Shown here: one piece after another, positions 1 through 9,986 of the stretch
Layout: each line of letters begins with the position of its first letter
How positions within the stretch are numbered: the stretch's first letter is position 1
Source of the DNA: a virus
Virus record (IMG/VR): IMGVR_UViG_3300034759_000344
Coordinates: 32,187 to 96,186 of that record
Length of the DNA stretch: 64,000 nt
Strand: one strand, 5' to 3'
Notes under the pieces: model-generated
Database searches by the model: none
Seen by the model: the letters and a program-made list of their open reading frames with translations, nothing else
Told to the model about the DNA's origin: nothing
Position numbers and translations under genes: made by a program

Positions 1-26
1 TATAGTTGAAAATAAAACTTTGTCAA
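1..26 (-). promoter_or_regulatory. Probable sigma-A promoter firing out of the window (TTGACA at 26-21, 16 nt, then TATA cut by the window edge)
   Basis: Exact -35 hexamer; the -10 is truncated by the edge. Confidence 0.4.
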
Positions 27-69
27 CATGTAGTATAAAAATTTTTGGGAAAAACTTGATTAAATCCAC

Positions 70-1539
70 ATGAATCAATATAATAACTATGAGGTGATGG
101 AATTGATAACCATCGAGATAACCAACACTCTCTCCAGGGTAAAGTTTGATAACCCACGCAGCCAGATAAACAAAGCAGTAGCCAAAAAACTCTACGACCG
201 TTTAGCATACAAGCAACCCGGATATCAATACACTTCTGCCTACCAGAATGGTACCTGGGATGGGTACATACGTCTTTATAATATGTATTCAGGAAAGTTT
301 CTAACTGGGCTGCTGAACAGGGTAATTTCCATTCTGGAAGAAGAAAATATAGCTTACCGCATAGAAGATAAAAGACGTAAACCACAAGTAGAACTGAAAG
401 AGATAAACCTAAACGGAGTAACTTTAAGAGACTATCAAATCGAAGCAGTAGAAAAAGGAATTCAGGCAGGAAGAGGTATATTCGATATGAGCGTAGGAGC
501 CGGTAAAACAGAAATAGCCGCAGCATTAATTCAAAGACTGGATGTACCCACCCTGTTCATAGTGCACATGCGCACCTTGCTCCACCAAACTAAAAAACGC
601 CTTGAAGAAAGGCTGAACACCGAAGTTGCACAATTTGGAGATGGTAAGTATGAGTGGGGCAAGATAGTAGTAGCTTCCATTCAGTCTTTACACCGCTACA
701 TCAAGAATCCTACTCTCAAAGAATTAGTAAAGAATATGAGCATGGTAATTGTGGATGAAGCACACCATGTTGCCAACAACACATATAAAAATATTCTTCA
801 AATATGTGACGCCTATTACCGCTTTGGTTTATCAGGAACCCCTCTTGACAGAGAAGACGGAGGTTCTATGATAACTGTGGGTTATCTTGGTGAAGTCATC
901 TATCAAACTAAAGCTTCGGACCTTATAGAAAGAAACTATTTAGTAGTACCAGAAATAAGGTTTAGTATTGTTCCCGAGGAAGCCATACCTTTACAGTACC
1001 GCCTGGAATACAGAAGGAGCAGCGACTGGAGAGAAGTCTACGAACTAGGCATAGTAAGTAACGACTACCGTAACCAGATGATAAAGGATGAGTTGAAAAA
1101 CTTGTTAAAAGAAAAAAGACATATTTTAATAGTTGTCAAAGAAATAAAACATGCTATAATACTGTTCGAAGACTTGGTTAAAGAAATAGACAAAATTACC
1201 TACTTAACAGGCCAAGAAAGCAGTACTAAAATCCAAAAAAGCATTAAGGATTTCAAAAACGGCAAAATTCAAGTGTTAATTGCCACTCCGCTTTTCGACG
1301 AAGGAGTGGATATACAAGAAATAGATGCTATTATCATGGCAGGGGGTGGTCAAAGCACTATAAAAACCATTCAAAGACTGGGACGTGGAATTCGTAAGAC
1401 CAAGCAGAAAAACAGCGTAACCATAGTAGACTTCTTAGACCTGCATCATCCCATCCTTTACCGACACTCAATGAAGCGGCTGCGCATTTACCAGCGTGAA
1501 AGAGCTTTCAAAGTCCTGGTTCCTGAAAAAATAACTTAA
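70..1539 (+). CDS. Superfamily 2 DNA helicase (UvsW/XPB-like)
   Basis: LRDYQ Q-motif, GAGKT Walker A, DEAH box, SGT motif III, EGVD and QRLGRGIR motif VI; true start may be near 97-103 after GAGGTG. Confidence 0.93.
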   Translation: MNQYNNYEVMELITIEITNTLSRVKFDNPRSQINKAVAKKLYDRLAYKQPGYQYTSAYQNGTWDGYIRLYNMYSGKFLTGLLNRVISILEEENIAYRIEDKRRKPQVELKEINLNGVTLRDYQIEAVEKGIQAGRGIFDMSVGAGKTEIAAALIQRLDVPTLFIVHMRTLLHQTKKRLEERLNTEVAQFGDGKYEWGKIVVASIQSLHRYIKNPTLKELVKNMSMVIVDEAHHVANNTYKNILQICDAYYRFGLSGTPLDREDGGSMITVGYLGEVIYQTKASDLIERNYLVVPEIRFSIVPEEAIPLQYRLEYRRSSDWREVYELGIVSNDYRNQMIKDELKNLLKEKRHILIVVKEIKHAIILFEDLVKEIDKITYLTGQESSTKIQKSIKDFKNGKIQVLIATPLFDEGVDIQEIDAIIMAGGGQSTIKTIQRLGRGIRKTKQKNSVTIVDFLDLHHPILYRHSMKRLRIYQRERAFKVLVPEKIT

Positions 1540-1552
1540 GAAAGGGGGGTTA

Positions 1553-1792
1553 TTGTTGTTAGAAACTTTACGTACCAAAGTACCCATGGAAAAGGTGGAT
1601 AAAGTATTCGGTGACGTGTTACTAAACAGAAAGCAAGTTAGTAAATTACTGAACCTATCTGAAGTATATATATGCCAGCTAACTAGAGAAGGTAAAATAC
1701 CCGCCTACCGCATCGGAAGGAGAATACTGTATTCCCTGAACGAAATAAAAGAATGGTTAGCAACCAAAAAGATAAAAAAGGGTGAAAGGTAA
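1553..1792 (+). CDS. Excisionase/MerR-like HTH DNA-binding protein
   Basis: LLNRKQVSKLLNLS...GKIPAYRIGRRILY pattern of HTH_17. Confidence 0.8.
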   Translation: MLLETLRTKVPMEKVDKVFGDVLLNRKQVSKLLNLSEVYICQLTREGKIPAYRIGRRILYSLNEIKEWLATKKIKKGER

Positions 1793-2619
1793 TGCTAACT
1801 GGAGTAAGAGTACACGATGTAGGAAATGCCTCAAGTACCGTACGAGGAAAGGAACTTTTGGAAAAAATATGCAGCAGCATAAATACTTTACAGTATATTG
1901 TAAACCAGCGTATTAAAAAATGTGAGTACTTAAAAGTAGTTTGTGATGACACAAACAAAAATATTATTGAAAAGTACAACCAAGTTTTAAAGGATTTGTG
2001 CATAGAAACTTTACACTATGAGTACCACCACCACTGTATCAGCGAGCTCACCACCACTTATGGAATACACTACCACCACGGACAGTTCAGCTTCCCAATA
2101 TCCATGACAGTACTGGTAAGTGGATATATAACTCCAGGACTCACCATCAAAACCCTTAAGGACTTCTGCCAATCTCTTAATGCAGTATACGGAATACAGG
2201 AAATGCAAAAAATACTCAGCACCCAGTATGCGGATCAGTTAGCTTACCTATGGTTAAACCAACCGGCAACACTCAAAGACTACAAAACCTACATAGACGA
2301 AGAAGTGTTAAGACAGGCAGTAAACTTGAACTATCCCTTTGCGCTATGTTACCAAAAACAACCCCTGTACATTTCTAATTTACTAACCGTAGATAAAGAA
2401 GAAAAACAAAAAATAGCTGAAATCATAAACCATATGTACCGGAAAAACCTAAGAGTACTCAGCACCGTAAAGCTCCCCAAGAAAGAAGATGAGAAGCACA
2501 CCGTCGTCCTTGTTCCTCTTTATCATTTAGAAACTACTTATGATTGCTTTCTGTTTGTGCCTCACAGTTTAACTGCCAATATGGCTATTCCTACTTCAGG
2601 GGGTCCTCAACCGTGCTAA
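1792..2619 (+). CDS. Hypothetical protein
   Basis: 275-aa ORF coupled to its neighbours in the replication operon. Confidence 0.6.
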   Translation: MLTGVRVHDVGNASSTVRGKELLEKICSSINTLQYIVNQRIKKCEYLKVVCDDTNKNIIEKYNQVLKDLCIETLHYEYHHHCISELTTTYGIHYHHGQFSFPISMTVLVSGYITPGLTIKTLKDFCQSLNAVYGIQEMQKILSTQYADQLAYLWLNQPATLKDYKTYIDEEVLRQAVNLNYPFALCYQKQPLYISNLLTVDKEEKQKIAEIINHMYRKNLRVLSTVKLPKKEDEKHTVVLVPLYHLETTYDCFLFVPHSLTANMAIPTSGGPQPC

Positions 2620-3077
2620 GCGAAAAAGAACAAAAGGAACGAGCCCTGCTTTTAGGCAGGGCTTACGAATCTAACTATTTCCGGTACTACAAAAGACACC
2701 GCAAGGTATTCGGAAAGAACCCTGAAAAATCTAAATACTGGAACCGAATACTGAAATTTATTTCCCTACTGCAGAAAGAAGGAATCAACAACCCTGCTTA
2801 TTATGTAGAACAGGTATTCAAAGAGTTTCACAGCTACTTTCCCAAGAACAAAATATGCACTTTGTATCTGGTAACTTCAGAAAAGGGTATCGAATTTTTT
2901 CAAAAAAGTCAGCGTAAAGTATACATTCCTTCAGAATTAAACGCTATTACAGTTGAAATAGATAGTGAATACATATATAATACTTTAAGTAAAGTAGATG
3001 AATCCATCAAAGAAAATCCAGTTCTACGCAAACTGCTAAAAATCAAGATGGGGAGAGATATTTTCGGTGAAGATTAA
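2613..3077 (+). CDS. Hypothetical protein (possible helicase loader, by position only)
   Basis: ORF 2544-3077; GTG at 2613 overlapping the upstream stop is the more likely start; lies directly before the DnaB-like gene. Confidence 0.5.
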   Translation: MLSEKEQKERALLLGRAYESNYFRYYKRHRKVFGKNPEKSKYWNRILKFISLLQKEGINNPAYYVEQVFKEFHSYFPKNKICTLYLVTSEKGIEFFQKSQRKVYIPSELNAITVEIDSEYIYNTLSKVDESIKENPVLRKLLKIKMGRDIFGED

Positions 3078-4341
3078 ACAACACGAACTAGCTTACCTAA
3101 TAACTTTCAATAGAGAACTGTACCTCCTGGCCACAGAAATAGGAGGGGAACAGCTTTTTGAAAGCCACATTCTCAAAGATATCTACCGTACTGCATCTGA
3201 ATTCTATGACCGCTACGGAACATCTCCAACCTTCGAATCCTTCTTTACAGCGTTTGAAAAGCACTATAGCAAAAAGTACCAACTACTGGACATAGTTGCC
3301 TTAAAGAAAAGCTTTCAAACTCTGCGAGACAGCATACAACCGGAGTTAGCAGAATTTTATGCTGACCACTTAAAAGAGCTCTACAGAAAAAAGCAAGCAG
3401 AGGAAGTAATTCGCAGAGGAATTTCTTACATAGAAAGTGGAAACATAGACAGCTTTGTGCACGACGTAGTAAAACACCTTTCCCTGGAAAACAAGTACAT
3501 AAGATCCGGCAAACTGCTCAGCGATGCGGAAGAAATAGGTAGATATCTACAGAACATTGAGGATACCAGGATACAAACTTTGATACCCATCCTGGACAAA
3601 GTATTGGGAGGAGGGTTTGCTCCACGAGAGCTGGTAATTGTTCTGGGAGGAACTGGAGGAGGAAAGACTGCCTTCCTGATTAACCTGGGATGGGCAGCGG
3701 TTATGCAGAAAAAGAGGGTGCTTTACTACACTTTTGAAGTAGCTATGGAAAGAGTTTTGGCTCGAGCTATCTGCCACATCCTGCAAAAACCCTACCAGGA
3801 AATCATAAGAAATCCTAAAAAAACCAAACAGCTTCTTGAAGAGCACCGCATGTCTCCATACATGGACAATTTTAAAGTTATCGAAGCCCCTACTTTTACC
3901 ATGACCGTTCCCCAGCTAGAAGCCCATATTGAAATGGAAATCATCAAAGAGGGCAAACCGGATATGATAATCGTCGATTATGCAGATATCATGCTTCCTT
4001 CACAACACTACAGCGACCGCTGGCTGGAACTTGAAAACTCCTACATGTACCTGCGAAGCATTGCCCAAAAACACGATGCCGTTTTGATTACTGCTTCTCA
4101 GGTAAACCGAGAAGGAGCTCAAGCTACGAAAATAAAGAACGAACACATTAAAGGTGCATACGGTAAAACTCAAAATGCCGATGTAGTAATCGCCCTCAAC
4201 CGCTCAGCAGAAGATAAAGAAAAGGGAACGGTAAAGATAAGCATCAACAAAAACCGCAATTACGTGGCTGACCAAGTAATTGAAGTTATGGTCAATTTTG
4301 AAACGATGACTTTTTATCAGCCGGTAACCAGAAATGCTTAA
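3067..4341 (+). CDS. Replicative DNA helicase, DnaB/T4 gp41-like
   Basis: GGTGGGKT Walker A, YYTFE, IIVDYAD Walker B, TASQVNR, KNRN. Confidence 0.92.
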   Translation: MKIKQHELAYLITFNRELYLLATEIGGEQLFESHILKDIYRTASEFYDRYGTSPTFESFFTAFEKHYSKKYQLLDIVALKKSFQTLRDSIQPELAEFYADHLKELYRKKQAEEVIRRGISYIESGNIDSFVHDVVKHLSLENKYIRSGKLLSDAEEIGRYLQNIEDTRIQTLIPILDKVLGGGFAPRELVIVLGGTGGGKTAFLINLGWAAVMQKKRVLYYTFEVAMERVLARAICHILQKPYQEIIRNPKKTKQLLEEHRMSPYMDNFKVIEAPTFTMTVPQLEAHIEMEIIKEGKPDMIIVDYADIMLPSQHYSDRWLELENSYMYLRSIAQKHDAVLITASQVNREGAQATKIKNEHIKGAYGKTQNADVVIALNRSAEDKEKGTVKISINKNRNYVADQVIEVMVNFETMTFYQPVTRNA

Positions 4342-5296
4342 GGAAAGCTTAATAAGAATTTTGGAAAATTACGGAATTGAATATCGAGAAACCTCAAAAG
4401 AGGATGTGCGCATCGACTGCTTCTTCTGTGGAGATGTTAAAAAGCATCTTTATGTAGCTCCCAGCAAGGGATTTAACTGTTTTAGATGTGGAGAGCACGG
4501 ATCGTTTAGGCGCTTCTTGAAAGAGCTGGGAAAGGTCATCAACGTGCAGCTTCAAGATGCCGAAAGTGAAGAAGAAAGTTCCGAACCAGAAAAACCGGTA
4601 CTTCCCGATGCTTATCAGAAATTCAGCGATGAACCCCCCGGATGGTTTGAAGCGCTTACCTATCTTCTAAAACGAGGAATTACTCCTCCACAAATAAAAG
4701 AGTACCAAATAGGTTACTGTGCGATGGGGAAGTATGCGGGAAGGATTATCTTTCCCATCTTCCACCATCAAAAAATAGTCAGCTTTGTAGCTCGAGCAGT
4801 TTCTCCTAAAATGATTCCCAAAATACTCAACCCATCCAGCTATGAAGCACCGCCTCCCAACCGCTTTCTATACAACTTTGATAAAGCAGTATTCTTCCCC
4901 AATTTAGTACTCACCGAAGGCGTTTTTGACTGCCTTACCGTAGACCGTATAGGATTTGAAGCCTGTGCTGTAGCCACTTTCGGTAAAAAATTAAGCAATG
5001 CACAACTGGAATTAATCATCGAAGAAGGAAGCTTCAAAAAGATCATCTTTGCCTGGGATACCAGAGATGCTATACCGGAAATCTATAAGCACGCTAACTA
5101 CCTATCCAACTTCTACGACGTCTATGTAGCTTCCTTTCCAGGCGAAGAGGATCCTAACTCATTGGGAAGAGATCTGGCTCAGCATTACATAAAGCGTGCT
5201 GAGCCATTTGACAAGATAAAGATGCGCCTCTACGCACATGTTAAAGGAATATTAAATAAGGGGGAGATAAATTTTGACCAGCTTACAATTGCTTAA
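4334..5296 (+). CDS. DNA primase (Zn finger + TOPRIM)
   Basis: CFFC...CFRC Zn finger, GRIIFPI, EGVFD, WD, EDPN. Confidence 0.92.
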   Translation: MLKESLIRILENYGIEYRETSKEDVRIDCFFCGDVKKHLYVAPSKGFNCFRCGEHGSFRRFLKELGKVINVQLQDAESEEESSEPEKPVLPDAYQKFSDEPPGWFEALTYLLKRGITPPQIKEYQIGYCAMGKYAGRIIFPIFHHQKIVSFVARAVSPKMIPKILNPSSYEAPPPNRFLYNFDKAVFFPNLVLTEGVFDCLTVDRIGFEACAVATFGKKLSNAQLELIIEEGSFKKIIFAWDTRDAIPEIYKHANYLSNFYDVYVASFPGEEDPNSLGRDLAQHYIKRAEPFDKIKMRLYAHVKGILNKGEINFDQLTIA

Positions 5297-7901
5297 ATGT
5301 GAAAAGTGCCCTCTGCAGGGCAAAACCAAAGTCGTCAGGAAGGACTACGGAAAGGATGTAAAGGTTTTGATAGTGGGAGAAGCTCCAGGAGTGGAGGAAG
5401 AAATACAGGGAGAACCCTTCATAGGTAGAGCCGGACAGCTGCTAAGGGAGGTACTCCAGGAAATTGGAATAGACATAAACAGTGTAAGCATCACCAACAC
5501 CTGCCTTTGCCGCCCCTCCGATGCTAACGGTAAAAACCGACCTCCCACTCCCGAAGAAATAGAGTGCTGTAAAAGCCGCCTGCTTGATGAGGTAAGAACC
5601 TCTCCAGCAAGAATAGTGCTTCTTTTGGGTAATGTAGCATTAAGGGCGGTACTCGGAAAAAACGGAATCAAAAAGCACGCTGGCTACGATATATACGACC
5701 AGGATCTCAAGAAGTGGATCATTGTAACCTACCACCCAGCAGCAGTACTCCGTAACTATAACCTGCTTTCAGCTTTCAAATCCCACATCAGCAAAGTCAA
5801 AAAGTATTTAAACGCTGAAAAGGATACCACAGAATACGCAGTAGTCCACAATCTGGAAGACTTCCTTTACTACTACGGAATACTTAACCAAAGTACGGTG
5901 ATTGCTTACGACATAGAAACCAACCAGCAGCTGTCACCATTTTCTGAAGAAGCAGTTATCACCACCATAGCTTTCTCCTGGGATAAAGGCAAAGTAGTAT
6001 GTATACCTTTAAACTACCAGGAAGCTAAATACACTCCAGAAGAAATAGCTAAACTGAAAAGAAAGAAACAGCAGGAACTCAGGAAGCAGGGACTTCCAGC
6101 GGAGGAAAGGAAAAAGATAGCTGATGAATACGAATACCAGCTGCTTAACGAAAAGAAGGGGGAGCCTTACCTTTCCCAAGAACTGGTAAACAGGCATATC
6201 ATACCAAGACTGCACAACTTGTTCTCCAAAAAGGACGTAATATTTGTGGCCCACAACGCTATGTTTGACGCCCTGTGGCTTAACGTAAAATACGGAATTC
6301 CCTGCAGAATGGACTTTGATACCAAAATAGCCGGGTTTATGATTAATGAAAACGACCGCAACAATCTAAAGTACTTAGCATCTCTTTACACCGATATGGT
6401 AGAGTATGAGGCTCCTATGGAAGTTTTCGGCAAATACCAGTTCCTGCTGGCCACTCCTGAGGTGTTTTTCAGGTACAACTGCTCGGATGCCGATGCTACC
6501 TACCGCCTCTATCTGGTCTTAAAGCAGAAGCTAAAAGATGAAGGAGTTGAAAGAGCATATCAAATGGTGTTGAAATTTGCTGAATCACTATTGCAAATTC
6601 AAAGAATAGGGTTTAAAATAGACCAGAGGGGGTTGGATAGGTACATGGCCCGAATAGGAGAAAAACTCCTCGAAAAATTAGAAGAAATAAAAAACCGGCC
6701 GGAAGTAAAATCCTGGGAGTCCCGCAACCAGAAAGAGTTTCTTCCCCATTCCAGTCAGCACGTATCGGATATTCTGTTTAACTGCCTGGGTCTTACCCCT
6801 CATAAAACTACGGAGGCTGGAAACTACTCGGTAGACAAGGAAGTACTTAGCAAGCTGGCTGAGCAGCACCCGCTTCCCAAGCTCATAGATGAGTATAAAA
6901 AACTGCACAAGTTTTACACTTCATTTTTATGCAACCTCAAGAAAGCCAGTGCTTACGACGGCAGAATCCATACTTCCTTCAATCCGGTAGGTACCAAAAC
7001 CGGACGCATCTCTTCTTCAGAGCCCAATCTGCAGAATATCCCGGCCCACGAAACCAAGGATATCAAGAAACTGTTCATCCCTACTTATCCGGATTGGTAC
7101 ATCATGCAGTTTGACTACTCTCAAATGGAACTAAGGGTGCTGGCCTCTTTAGCCAACGAGGAAAAGATGATAGAAGACTTCAGGTCCGGAAAAGACATTC
7201 ACCGGGCTACCGCTCAACGCGTCTTTAATACTGAAGAAGTAACCGATGAACAGCGCTCTTTTGCCAAAAGAATTAACTTCGGAATCGTATACGGCATGAG
7301 CGCCAAAGGTTTAGCAGAACTGCTGAATATACCGCTTGAAGAAGCTCAAGGTTTTATCAACGCCTATTTTGAAACTTACCCAAAAATAAAACAGTACATC
7401 AACGAGTACTGTTACATGGTAAGAACTTACGGATACGTAACTACACCATTTGGAAGGAAAAGGAGGTTACCAGAAGTCATGTCCGGGAATCGAGGAGAAA
7501 TTGCTTCCGCAGAAAGAAAAGCTATCAACGCTCCTATCCAGGCTACTGCCTCGGATATAACTCAAATAGCTATTTATAACATTCAAAAAATATTAAAAGC
7601 TCAGGGCCTCCAAGCACGAGTGGTGCTTACCGTTCACGATTCTATAGTACTTGAAGTTCCAGAAGAGGAGGTAAGAGAGGTGTACTACTTGGTAAAAGAT
7701 ATTATGGAAAACCTTCCCTTAGACTTCATGAAAGTTCCTTTGGTGGCGGATGCCGGCATCGGTAAAAATTATGGAGAGCTGGTGGACGTCGAAGGAGACA
7801 TCCACCAGGCCTTAGAGGCGGTTCTCTCCTCCCCATCAACCTCGCCGCCAAGGACAGGGAAGTCAGAGAGTGAGGAGACAGAAAGGAGGAACCTCCAATG
7901 A
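5274..7901 (+). CDS. Family A DNA polymerase with N-terminal family-4 uracil-DNA glycosylase domain and 3'-5' exonuclease
   Basis: CEKC...GEAPG..E...GEPFIGRAG...TYHPAA (UDG4); YDIET, HNAMFD, YNCSD (exo I-III); TGRISS, DYSQMELR, KRINFGIVYG, VHDS (PolA). Confidence 0.95.
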   Translation: MTSLQLLKCEKCPLQGKTKVVRKDYGKDVKVLIVGEAPGVEEEIQGEPFIGRAGQLLREVLQEIGIDINSVSITNTCLCRPSDANGKNRPPTPEEIECCKSRLLDEVRTSPARIVLLLGNVALRAVLGKNGIKKHAGYDIYDQDLKKWIIVTYHPAAVLRNYNLLSAFKSHISKVKKYLNAEKDTTEYAVVHNLEDFLYYYGILNQSTVIAYDIETNQQLSPFSEEAVITTIAFSWDKGKVVCIPLNYQEAKYTPEEIAKLKRKKQQELRKQGLPAEERKKIADEYEYQLLNEKKGEPYLSQELVNRHIIPRLHNLFSKKDVIFVAHNAMFDALWLNVKYGIPCRMDFDTKIAGFMINENDRNNLKYLASLYTDMVEYEAPMEVFGKYQFLLATPEVFFRYNCSDADATYRLYLVLKQKLKDEGVERAYQMVLKFAESLLQIQRIGFKIDQRGLDRYMARIGEKLLEKLEEIKNRPEVKSWESRNQKEFLPHSSQHVSDILFNCLGLTPHKTTEAGNYSVDKEVLSKLAEQHPLPKLIDEYKKLHKFYTSFLCNLKKASAYDGRIHTSFNPVGTKTGRISSSEPNLQNIPAHETKDIKKLFIPTYPDWYIMQFDYSQMELRVLASLANEEKMIEDFRSGKDIHRATAQRVFNTEEVTDEQRSFAKRINFGIVYGMSAKGLAELLNIPLEEAQGFINAYFETYPKIKQYINEYCYMVRTYGYVTTPFGRKRRLPEVMSGNRGEIASAERKAINAPIQATASDITQIAIYNIQKILKAQGLQARVVLTVHDSIVLEVPEEEVREVYYLVKDIMENLPLDFMKVPLVADAGIGKNYGELVDVEGDIHQALEAVLSSPSTSPPRTGKSESEETERRNLQ

Positions 7902-9841
7902 CAGATATTATTATAAAAACAGCTCAAGCATTTGTCAATAGGGGATACCATGTAGTTCCAACAAAAAATAAGGCGGCAACCATCAAATGGGGGAACCTCC
8001 TGGAGAAAGAACCATGTCTACCTCCTAATATAGAAGAGGAACTAGCTTTGGTACTCGGCGAGGATCTAATAGTACTGGACTTTGAAACGGAAGAAGTTTA
8101 CCAGAAGTTCTTAACCCTTTGTGAGGCATTTAAAATTGATTTAAACACCACCTGGCAGGTAAAAACTAAACGTGGATACCACATCTACTTCAAGAGCAGC
8201 ATCATCTGTACCAATCCAGTAAAACACTCTTCCGTTTGGGGGGAATTTGAACTAAGAACTGGAAAGCAGTACTGCCTCATACCACCTTCTAAAATAACTC
8301 AAACTGGAGCAGAATATAAATGGATAGTTAAACCTAACTTCCTAGATAACTCTGAATGTGAAGAAGATAATCTAATGGAATTCCTAACTGTAAGACCAGT
8401 ATACCGTCTATTCCTAGACTTACTAACTGAAAATAGTGCTGAGAAATCTGATACTGGTAATGAAAAAGGAATGGTAGGTGAAAGTTCTTCTTCTGTTTTT
8501 AACACAAATAAAGAGCAAAATATCTTTACTTGTGTTAAAAACAAAGACAACGTTCAACTTAAAAACAGTTTAGTGAGAGAGGAAGTTAGGTTGAACAACA
8601 ACTCCAGTTTGTGTTTTAAGGCCTTTCAAGAGTTCTTTGGTATTGATGTGGATTCTAATATGGGAAGCTATATTCACTGTATCTTTAGAGATGAGACCAG
8701 ACCTTCTACTAAGTTTACAGTTTTAGAGGACGGCCACATAGGTTATAGAGAGTATCACGGTACTGATGGTATTTACACTTATAAGTGGGAGACTGCTTTT
8801 TATGCTTTACTATATGGAATCCCTCTTTGTGAGGTTAAGATAGAGGATAGAGAAGATTTTAGAGATAAGTTAAGCTTTATTATTAGGGGTTTAGAAGGTT
8901 ATTTTAAGGATATGGAAGCTGAAAAGGGGAGCTATCGCAGGATTAAGCTTCTGGCTAAAATACTTTCTCATTTAAATTTGAGCGATGAGGACAGGGATTT
9001 GCTTATTGATGCCTGGAAAATGGTGGAATTGAGCTATCACGGAAGTGGAAGCCGGACGGTTTTTTGGCTTTCCTGCAGGGATTTAGCACGCATGCTTAGG
9101 TTGTATACTCCAGGTGGAAATTTGAATATATACAAAGCTAACCGCATACTTAACTTTTTCTGCATATTGGGATTGCTTAACAAAGTAGGGTGCACCAGCA
9201 GAACCCATGCTGATGAATACGTATTTGGTGATGTTCGTGAAGGCGTAATTGAGAAGCTGGCTGGGTACAATACTTATTCTTTCTCTAAGGCAAAAGCAGC
9301 AAAGATTATAGGTGAGTATGAAGCAAGTTTGATATATAGAAGGAATTGTGTTAAAATAGATGATGTAGATATAAACGATGTATATACACATTTAGTAAGT
9401 AGAGAAAGAGGTGAGAGTGTTGGAGGAGAGAATTCCTGCGAAGAACTTGGAAGCTGTGGATCAGTCGCTGTCTGCACCGGAGGAGAAGACGATGGAGGAG
9501 GTGATGGAAGAGGAGGAGGAGATGCTGTCGGGGAAGGTAGCGTATTGCACGGTGAAGGAAGTGGCCGAGGAATTGAATATGAGCCCTTTGACGATAAGGA
9601 GCTATATTCGGAATGGCAAGCTGCGTGCGAAGAAGATAGGAAAGTCATACTACGTTTCGGAGCAGGACTTGGAGAGGCTCAAAGAAATGCATCAGGTGGC
9701 AGGAAGAAAAAGAAAGGAAGAAAGGAGTTCACTGTCAGTATCCGCCCTAACCGATACCGAAAAATTTTACGAGGAGCCGCCGGGAAAGCCCACCCTTTTA
9801 AGGGTGGGATGAGAGGCGGCAAGGCCTGGCCTGGGCCCTGA
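7898..9841 (+). CDS. Bifunctional primase-polymerase (Prim-Pol/AEP) domain replication protein; last ~140 aa probably read-through
   Basis: LIVLDFE, VKTKRGYHIYF, ELR..KQYCLIPPS; the low-complexity C-terminus overlaps the next gene. Confidence 0.8.
   Translation: MTDIIIKTAQAFVNRGYHVVPTKNKAATIKWGNLLEKEPCLPPNIEEELALVLGEDLIVLDFETEEVYQKFLTLCEAFKIDLNTTWQVKTKRGYHIYFKSSIICTNPVKHSSVWGEFELRTGKQYCLIPPSKITQTGAEYKWIVKPNFLDNSECEEDNLMEFLTVRPVYRLFLDLLTENSAEKSDTGNEKGMVGESSSSVFNTNKEQNIFTCVKNKDNVQLKNSLVREEVRLNNNSSLCFKAFQEFFGIDVDSNMGSYIHCIFRDETRPSTKFTVLEDGHIGYREYHGTDGIYTYKWETAFYALLYGIPLCEVKIEDREDFRDKLSFIIRGLEGYFKDMEAEKGSYRRIKLLAKILSHLNLSDEDRDLLIDAWKMVELSYHGSGSRTVFWLSCRDLARMLRLYTPGGNLNIYKANRILNFFCILGLLNKVGCTSRTHADEYVFGDVREGVIEKLAGYNTYSFSKAKAAKIIGEYEASLIYRRNCVKIDDVDINDVYTHLVSRERGESVGGENSCEELGSCGSVAVCTGGEDDGGGDGRGGGDAVGEGSVLHGEGSGRGIEYEPFDDKELYSEWQAACEEDRKVILRFGAGLGEAQRNASGGRKKKKGRKEFTVSIRPNRYRKILRGAAGKAHPFKGGMRGGKAWPGP
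8494..8543. repeat. Palindrome copy 1 (TGTTTTTAACACAA-N22-TTGTGTTAAAAACA) inside the prim-pol gene; candidate origin
   Basis: 14-bp perfect inverted arms; same element at 63099 and 63193. Confidence 0.8.
9411..9812 (+). CDS. HTH_17 DNA-binding protein interrupted near its C-terminus by an IS605-type MITE
   Basis: YCTVKEVAEELNMSPLTIRSYIRNGKLRAKKIGKSYYV; removing 9771-9986 extends the frame to a stop at 10055. Confidence 0.8.
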   Translation: MRVLEERIPAKNLEAVDQSLSAPEEKTMEEVMEEEEEMLSGKVAYCTVKEVAEELNMSPLTIRSYIRNGKLRAKKIGKSYYVSEQDLERLKEMHQVAGRKRKEERSSLSVSALTDTEKFYEEPPGKPTLLRVG

Positions 9842-9986
9842 ACAGGCCGTAGGGCTGGACCGGCCCGAACTTAAGCCTTCGGAGAGAGAAGCCGCTGTGC
9901 GGGTGCTGGGGAGCAACCCCTACATCCGCGTAAGCTTTCCTCGGTGAAAGAGGAAGCCCACCCCTTTAGGGGTGGGAGGAGGTCAC
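9771..9986 (+). mobile_element. 216-bp non-autonomous IS200/IS605 element (left-end hairpin + TnpB-type omegaRNA/right end)
   Basis: Follows TTTAC; left hairpin CCCACCCTTTTAAGGGTGGG; right end GAAGCCCACCCCTTTAGGGGTGGGAGGAGGTCAC; excision restores the ORF. Confidence 0.85.

Noticed and set aside
23-526. This and the many other antisense ORFs in the track
   Set aside because: Shadows of well-supported genes on the opposite strand; no motifs or SD
5274-7901. Intein or group I intron in the polymerase or helicases
   Set aside because: Frames are continuous and of normal length; no splice motifs seen
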